Part shown: positions 53,042 to 64,000 of the stretch, in pieces
Layout of the letters: the number at the start of each line of letters is the position of its first letter
Numbering within the stretch: position 1 is the stretch's first letter
Source of the DNA: the human T2T-CHM13v2.0 reference genome, Homo sapiens
Direction: 5' to 3' (one strand)
DNA length: 64,000 nt
Assembly (NCBI RefSeq): GCF_009914755.1
Contig: NC_060931.1
Notes under the pieces: generated by a model
Told to the model about the DNA's origin: nothing
The model's input: the letters and a program-made list of their open reading frames with translations, nothing else
Databases searched by the model: none
Program-made: the position numbers and the translations under genes

Positions 53042-54236
53042 AAGGCCAGTGGAGCTGGCTAGAAGGAGCGAGGGAGGCAGAGAGGAGATGAAGTGAGAAA
53101 GGGAACCTGGGGCAGATCAGGAAGGGCCTTGAAAGACTCAAAAGGAATTTTCAGGCTTTGGAATAAGAACTTGCCAAAATCCACCAGATCCTCTGTGCCT
53201 GGAAGAGCTTCTCTTGCTCCTTCCCTACTGCCTCTGGTCCCAGGCGGTGCATGGCAGGCACTCGGGGAACCCTACGTGAGTGAAGGAGCATCCCAAGGTC
53301 TTGGGGACAGGTCAGTTCCCTCCTCCTCCACCCTTCCTGAGACTCCTTCTCTCTGTATCCGCAGCCACCTGGCCAGCCTCCCCTCTGCTTGCTCCAAGTC
53401 TGCAAGCCACTTTGTTAAACTGACACCTCATTCTCTCTCTGGCTGCCACATAGCCTCCAACTTAATTCTGTCATCGTGCACTGCTTAGCCCAATATTGGT
53501 TATAACCTGAAACTCAGCCGACTCCAAGGCCCCTGGCCCATTCCCATGTGTGCAGTGTGGACCAAAGAACCCCCGTGTGGTCTAACTCTTGTTCTTGGAA
53601 CCTGGGATCCCGTGCTGCCATAGTTCATAGAGAGGCCTCACACTGCAGGCCTCCTCTGACCCCCGCAATAACCTACTTCCATAATAATAGAAACTGTTTA
53701 TGATACACTGATATCGTAAAAGAAGCAGGATGTAAAACTGCCTATTCAATGTGTTTCCCATTTCCTTAAAAATTACTTGGGCCTAGAAACAAGACAGAGG
53801 AAATACACCAAAACGTTAACAGTTTTCTCACTGATAGTGGTGGTATTTTTATTGATGTACTTTAAGCTTTCCTTTTTTTTTTTAAGCTGTGGCAATAAAA
53901 AGTCATTTTCAGAATGCACTTATGAACTATTATGCCTAGCTTGAATGCAGTGAAATAGCAGAAATCCCTTGAGGTGATAATCCAGGTGGGTTCAACACTG
54001 GACCCTTGAAAATTCAGGTTTTATTCACGTTGCAAAAGGACTTCTCTGCATCGCTTTCTAAAATTTCATTCACGGGCACTGATTTAGGATCCCAGTTACT
54101 GCATAAGTCAAGACCACTTGGAACAAAATTCTTTTGCTAGATGCTCTGCATCCTATCCCTACCCTGACCCAACAGGACTTCAGTTATAGCATTTTAGGAT
54201 GGGCAGCCAGACTTATCACCCATTCCAAAGAAGTTC

Positions 54237-54360
54237 ATGTGTGTGTGTGTGTGTGTGTGTTCATGTGTGTATGTGTTCATGTGTGTATTGTGTATCTATA
54301 CATAGAACACACACACATGCTACTGGTTCTGTTTTTCTGGAGCACCCTGAACTAATGCAC
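54237..54360 (+). repeat. (TG)n tract within an ERVL/MLT2-like LTR 3' end
   Basis: ctactggttctgtttttctggagcaccctgaactaatgca. Confidence 0.6.
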
Positions 54361-54454
54361 TCGTTCCTACGGGAACATTCCCTGTAGAGGGGGTGTTCAT
54401 GCAGAGATTGGCCATTTCTCAGGGACATCCCAGAAAGAGCCTTCTAAGGGCTGA

Positions 54455-55130
<676 letters not shown>

Positions 55131-55849
55131 CCACCCCCAACTGTGTGACCTTGGGCAAATTGCTTAACCACTTGTGGTGGGCAGTATCATGGCCTCCCCA
55201 AAGATTCCCACGTTTGAATGCCTGGAACCTGGAAATACATGACCTTCCCTAATAAATGGATGAAGGTTGCCGATGGAGTTATGCTGGATCCACAACTTCA
55301 CTAGCAAGAGCCTAACGGGGAAGTGAGAATACCACTAACAACTATATGCTATAAACACCAGAGAGGAATGGCCAAGGGGGAGAAGACCCTAAGGTGGGGC
55401 AGGGCAGGGCAGGGCAGGTGGTGAAGAAGAACATGATTCCTAATCCCACCCTTATTTCTAGAAGCTCCATCAAAGTGGAGGAAAAGGGACAAAACCCTTA
55501 GCGGTCCTATGGGGAGCTCCCAGTCCTGAGGCAGATGGGAGTGAAGCTGCAGCTCAGTCCATGGGAAACCCCCCCACCCCACCCCACAGGCCCCAAGCCT
55601 TGCCCTATCCTGGAACCAGGTGCTGAACAGCGGGAGCAGCTACAGCTGTTGCCCTGCAAATGAGGGCTGCTGGCCTGGTTACAGCCAACTCAGTCAACCA
55701 CACTTCACAAGGTCTCAAAAGGGACAGCAGAAGCCCCACAGCTGGAGTCGCTGATGCCCAGTGCCTGAAACAGGACCTGCTCAAGAACCATCCACTGATG
55801 CCAGAAGTAGTGGGCAAGCATGGTGGAAAACCGGCTATGGGCAGGGTTT

Positions 55850-57709
<1,860 letters not shown>

Positions 57710-57739
57710 GTCTACCCCCTGTAAACTTGGCGTCCATAA

Positions 57740-57913
<174 letters not shown>

Positions 57914-58717
57914 TGACTAATTTTTGTATTTTTAGTAGAGATGGGGTTTCACCATGTTGGCCAGGCTGGTCTCAAACTCCTGACCTCAGGTGATCTGCCC
58001 ACCTCGGCCTCCCAAAATGCTGGGATTACAGGCGAGAGTCACCAAGCCCAGCCTCCATACATACTTTTTGAATCACATTAAACCTCCAAATAAAGACAAT
58101 AGCAAAATCATGCATTCACCTTACAGGATACAATTATCTTTTATATCACTGAAAATACACTAACCATCTTTCCAATAGAGAATACAAAGCTGCATATCAT
58201 TTTACTCATGTTTAGGTAATGTTCCTTCCTCTTCTAGCTGATCCCTTGTGGATATTCTGTAACTTGAATAATGAAACATAAAGTTAACTTATTAGCATCT
58301 CATTCAGTAGTAGGGTAACGGGGTGGAGGAAGGAAAGAAAAAAATTGGATGAAATAGACATGAAGTATTCATATTAAAGTAAGAAGAAATGCTTATAACT
58401 ACTATAGTCTTCATTTATGTAGTCGGTCTCATGATTGTGGCTGGTATTCTTAATCCTTTTCCTCAACTAATCAACATCCCCTTTCCCCTCAACACGAACC
58501 CTGAAGTAAGGATAAATTATAAGCAGTAAATGTGGTGGTTAAAACCAGCTTTTAAAATATTTGTTCACTGGCTGGACATGGTGGCTCACACCTATAATCC
58601 CAGCACTTTGGGAGGCTGAGGCAGGCAGATCACTTGAGGTCAGAGTTCGAGACCAGCCTGGCCAACATGATGAAACCCTGTCTCTACTAAAAATACAAAA
58701 AAAAAAAAAAAAAATTA

Positions 58718-58876
<159 letters not shown>

Positions 58877-60058
58877 CTAGACAGATTCCTTGACTGATGG
58901 GGTGATTCAAACCTCCGTTACTGAAGTGCTTGTGATATTAACAAGCCTGCCTGAGTTCAATTGTAGTTTTCCATTATCTTCATTATATATATACATATAT
59001 ACATATATATATATATACATAGAGACAGGGTCTTGCTCTGTCACACAGGCTGGAGTGCAGTGGCTCAATCATAGCTCACTGCAGCCTTGAACCCTGGACT
59101 CAAGCGATCCTCCCACCTCAGCCTCCTGAGTAGTTGGGACTACAGGTTTGCACCATGACACCCAGCTAATTTTTTGTATTTTTTTGTAGTGACGGGGTTT
59201 TAGCTGTGTTTCCCAGGCTGGTCTTGAACTAATTAACTCAAGCAATACTCTTGCCCTGGCTTCCCAAAGTGCTGGGATTACAGGCGTGAGCCACCGTGAC
59301 CACCTCCCATTATCTTTTATCACAGGACATCTCCCAAATGCCCAAATTCCAGACATACTCCTCCTTATCCACATTGCGAAGTAGCAGCCCAGTTTCCTCT
59401 TGATCAGGATCAATTACCCCAGCCAAAACAGTAACTTTCTTGGCCTGTTGGTTCATTGACACGAGGACCCTAAAGCCATCTGAACTTCCAGTTTCCCTTC
59501 CTTCCTTTTTTTTTTTTTTTTTTTTTTGACAGGTCTTTCTCTGTCTTCCAGACTGGAGTGCAGTGGCCGGATCTTGACTCACTGCAACCTCCCTCCACCT
59601 CCTGGGTTCAAGCGATTCTCCTGCCTCAGCCTCCCAGGTAGCTGGGATTACAGGCGCCTGCCACCATGCCAAGCTAATTTTTGTGTTTTTAATAGAAACA
59701 GGATTTCACCATGTGGGCCAGGCTGGTCTCGAACTCCTGACCTCAGGTGAGCCATCTGTTTTGGCCTCCCAAAGTGCTGGGATTACAGGCGCGAGCTACC
59801 GCCCCCGGCCTGAACTTCCAGTTTCATGGAAACATTGCTATGTTCCCTGATAGATGCATTCCTCTTTTGGGAACTAAGACTTCTAGGCCAGCAGAACCTA
59901 AAGTTGTAGGCATGGGAAAGAAAAATGTCACAGGTGCATAATTACAGGTAATGGTGAAAGAGACCCCTCCCTTCTCCACCTCCTGACCCCTGGCCCCATG
60001 AATCCGGCTATGGGTGAAATAGTGTCATATCTTGGTCACTGATTTAAAGCATGGACCA

Positions 60059-61848
<1,790 letters not shown>

Positions 61849-62459
61849 AAAGCATAGATCATACACCAGCTCTATAAGGTGTCATCATCCTCATAGGGAT
61901 GGTAGATGGTAGCTGGTCCTGTGAATCTTCAAAAGCTCATTCCATTGTTCTATTGGGCCAGCTGCTTCAGGGTGGTGGGAAACACGGTAAGACTAGTAAA
62001 CTCCATGAGCAGGAGCCCGCTGACCCACTTAATTTGCTATGAAATGACTTCCTTGGTCAGAAGTAATGCCATATGGCCTACCTTGACGGTGGGTAGGGCA
62101 TTCTGTAAGTCCACTTACTGTGGCTCTGGCAGAAGTATTGTGGGTAGGGAAGGAAAATTCATGTCCATAGTAAGTGTCTATTCCAGCAAGTACAAAGCAC
62201 TTCCTCTTTCATAATGGAGGTGACCTGATGTAATTAACCTGCCACCAGGCAGCTGATTGGTCCTCTTGGGGAATAGTGCCATATTAGGGCCTCAGTATGG
62301 GCTGTGATCTGTTGTCAGTTCAGGCTTGGAGGGTAGAAGACCAGGCTACTAAGCCCTTGCATCCCTTCTATTGCTGCTGCTATGTCCCCTTTGTTTGTGA
62401 GTTCACTGAGCAAGGACGGAGTGGCTGGAGAAAAAGGACTGAATGATGTCCACAGAATG

Positions 62460-63720
62460 AGTGTATCAATTAAGGGTTTAATCAGAGAGGCAGACCCATT
62501 AGGATACATATTTCTCTGTGTGTGTGTGTATTTGTTGTGCAAATTTGATCTTAGTAATTGTGAGGCTAGTTAAACAACTGTGTGTATGTTCTCCTCCTGG
62601 ATGGGATGTCTGATGCTAGAGAGTTAAGTTCACAGGGCAGGTGGTTAGGAGGGAAATGGATATAAATAGAGAAGAGCAGGACAGCCTGTAACCTGCAAGC
62701 ACAAGCTGGAACCGAGCAGCATGAACTGGAACCTGTGTCAATCTCACTGCCCCTGACCTTGAGGGTCTGGATGTCCTGAAGAAGCCAGTGCCCATTGTCA
62801 TGGAGCTGCCCCATCTGGCCCAGGAGTTGGAGAAGCTGAAGGAGGATCAGGGGAAGGTAGAGTAGCTGCAGGCATGGCTGCCATCCACACTGATGACGGG
62901 AGCCTGCAGGTTAAATGACAACAGGTAAATTACAAAATGGTGACTGCTTCACTTCCACCCTCCAATTCTCTCTTGTGGCTCATCCTAACTGGAGACATAG
63001 CGGGAGGGGATTCTGAGAAACGGAGTTCAACGCAGCCAGGCTGACATATTTTAAAGTCGGCACAACTGCTCCCTTCTCAAGTTGGCACCCACACACTCCT
63101 CTTTTCATCACACTTATCCTCCAGTTACGGACAGTAACAAAGTGATGCTTCCTCCTAACAGAATGCAGCCACCCCACAAATCCACACGCACCCTTTCCCC
63201 AGCGAAGATGCAAACTCTCTTTTTGTCTTCTTCTAGCTGATTCACACTCCCTTTTTGTGCATTTTATTATCACTCTTTAAACTGTATATAAACACATCAT
63301 AAGCTTCTTCCTCACTGATTCACACTCCCCCTTTGAGATCCTATAACTGAAATACTGAGAGAGAAAGCTAATTTCTATTAACATGCCTTATGTTAGATGT
63401 TAAGGGGCTAGGAGAGAGGAAGATAATGAAAATATTTAGTTAATTCATAAATACAAACATATTCGTATCAAAATCATTACTACAGTCCTCATTTCTGCCA
63501 TTGGTCATGCGTCTGTAGTTGACATTGATAATTACCTGCCACCACCCATTCCTCATTTCCTTTGTCCTCAGCAAGCACCTCAGCGGGTCATGGCCTCCTG
63601 ACTGGTGGGATCACCCAAACCTTCATTCTTGAAGGGTCTAAGCCTTTAGCAGTCTTGCCTGGATTGGGTTGTTGTCATTTGCCTTTGACTTTAAACACAG
63701 GGCACAGGAGTTGTAGGTGA
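62460..63720 (-). mobile_element. LTR41-like ERVL LTR (62460-63064) plus adjacent internal sequence
   Basis: Reverse complement begins tgtgccgactttaaaatatgtcagcctggctgcgttgaactccgtttctcagaatcccc; PPT-like gagaagggagcagt. Confidence 0.6.
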
Positions 63721-63724
63721 AATC

Positions 63725-63985
63725 CTAATAAAGTCGCTGGTTAAGAGTAGCATATCAATATTAATCACTTAGTTCTGACAAATGTACCACGGTTACGTAA
63801 GATGTGAACATTAGGGGAAGCTGGGTGAAGGCCATATGGGGACTCTCTATACTGTCTTTGAAAATTTTCTGCAAATCTAAAATTATTCCCACCCCAAAAG
63901 TATGTACATCTATTATGCATCAATAAAAAATTATTTAAGTAAAACAACTCCCAAGATTAAAAGCTTTTATGTGTATCTTTCACAA
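63725..63985 (+). mobile_element. L1MC-type 3' fragment
   Basis: tgacaaatgtaccacggttacgtaagatgtgaacattaggggaagctgggtgaagg...actctctatact. Confidence 0.75.
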
Positions 63986-64000
63986 AATAATAAGTCATAA

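Overview
Primate, very probably human, non-coding DNA: an AluYd8-type insertion at 1748 belongs to a human-lineage subfamily. No spliced protein-coding gene can be supported, and almost all ORFs in the track are translations of Alu, LTR or microsatellite sequence. The window holds about 60 Alu copies, MaLR/ERVL/ERV1 LTRs (MLT1, MSTA, THE1, MLT2, MER31, LTR41/LTR52-like and a solo LTR12), old L1/L2/MIR/CR1 and hAT remnants, a U1 snRNA retropseudogene (9428-9590) and a PPP1R2 processed pseudogene (about 60059-61848) inserted into an ERVL pol remnant. The most unusual signal is a set of locally templated insertion scars. An 82-nt patchwork inside an Alu (8579-8660) is stitched by microhomology from the Alu itself, a unique site 1.5 kb away and the neighbouring U1 pseudogene. 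There are also two ~90-bp paired duplications, each about 1.75 kb apart, a snap-back insertion in another Alu and an orphan internal Alu fragment. These fit known polymerase-theta or template-switch repair; I found no evidence of a new gene system. Repeat subfamily names come from recalled consensus sequences, and the boundaries of old repeats are approximate.
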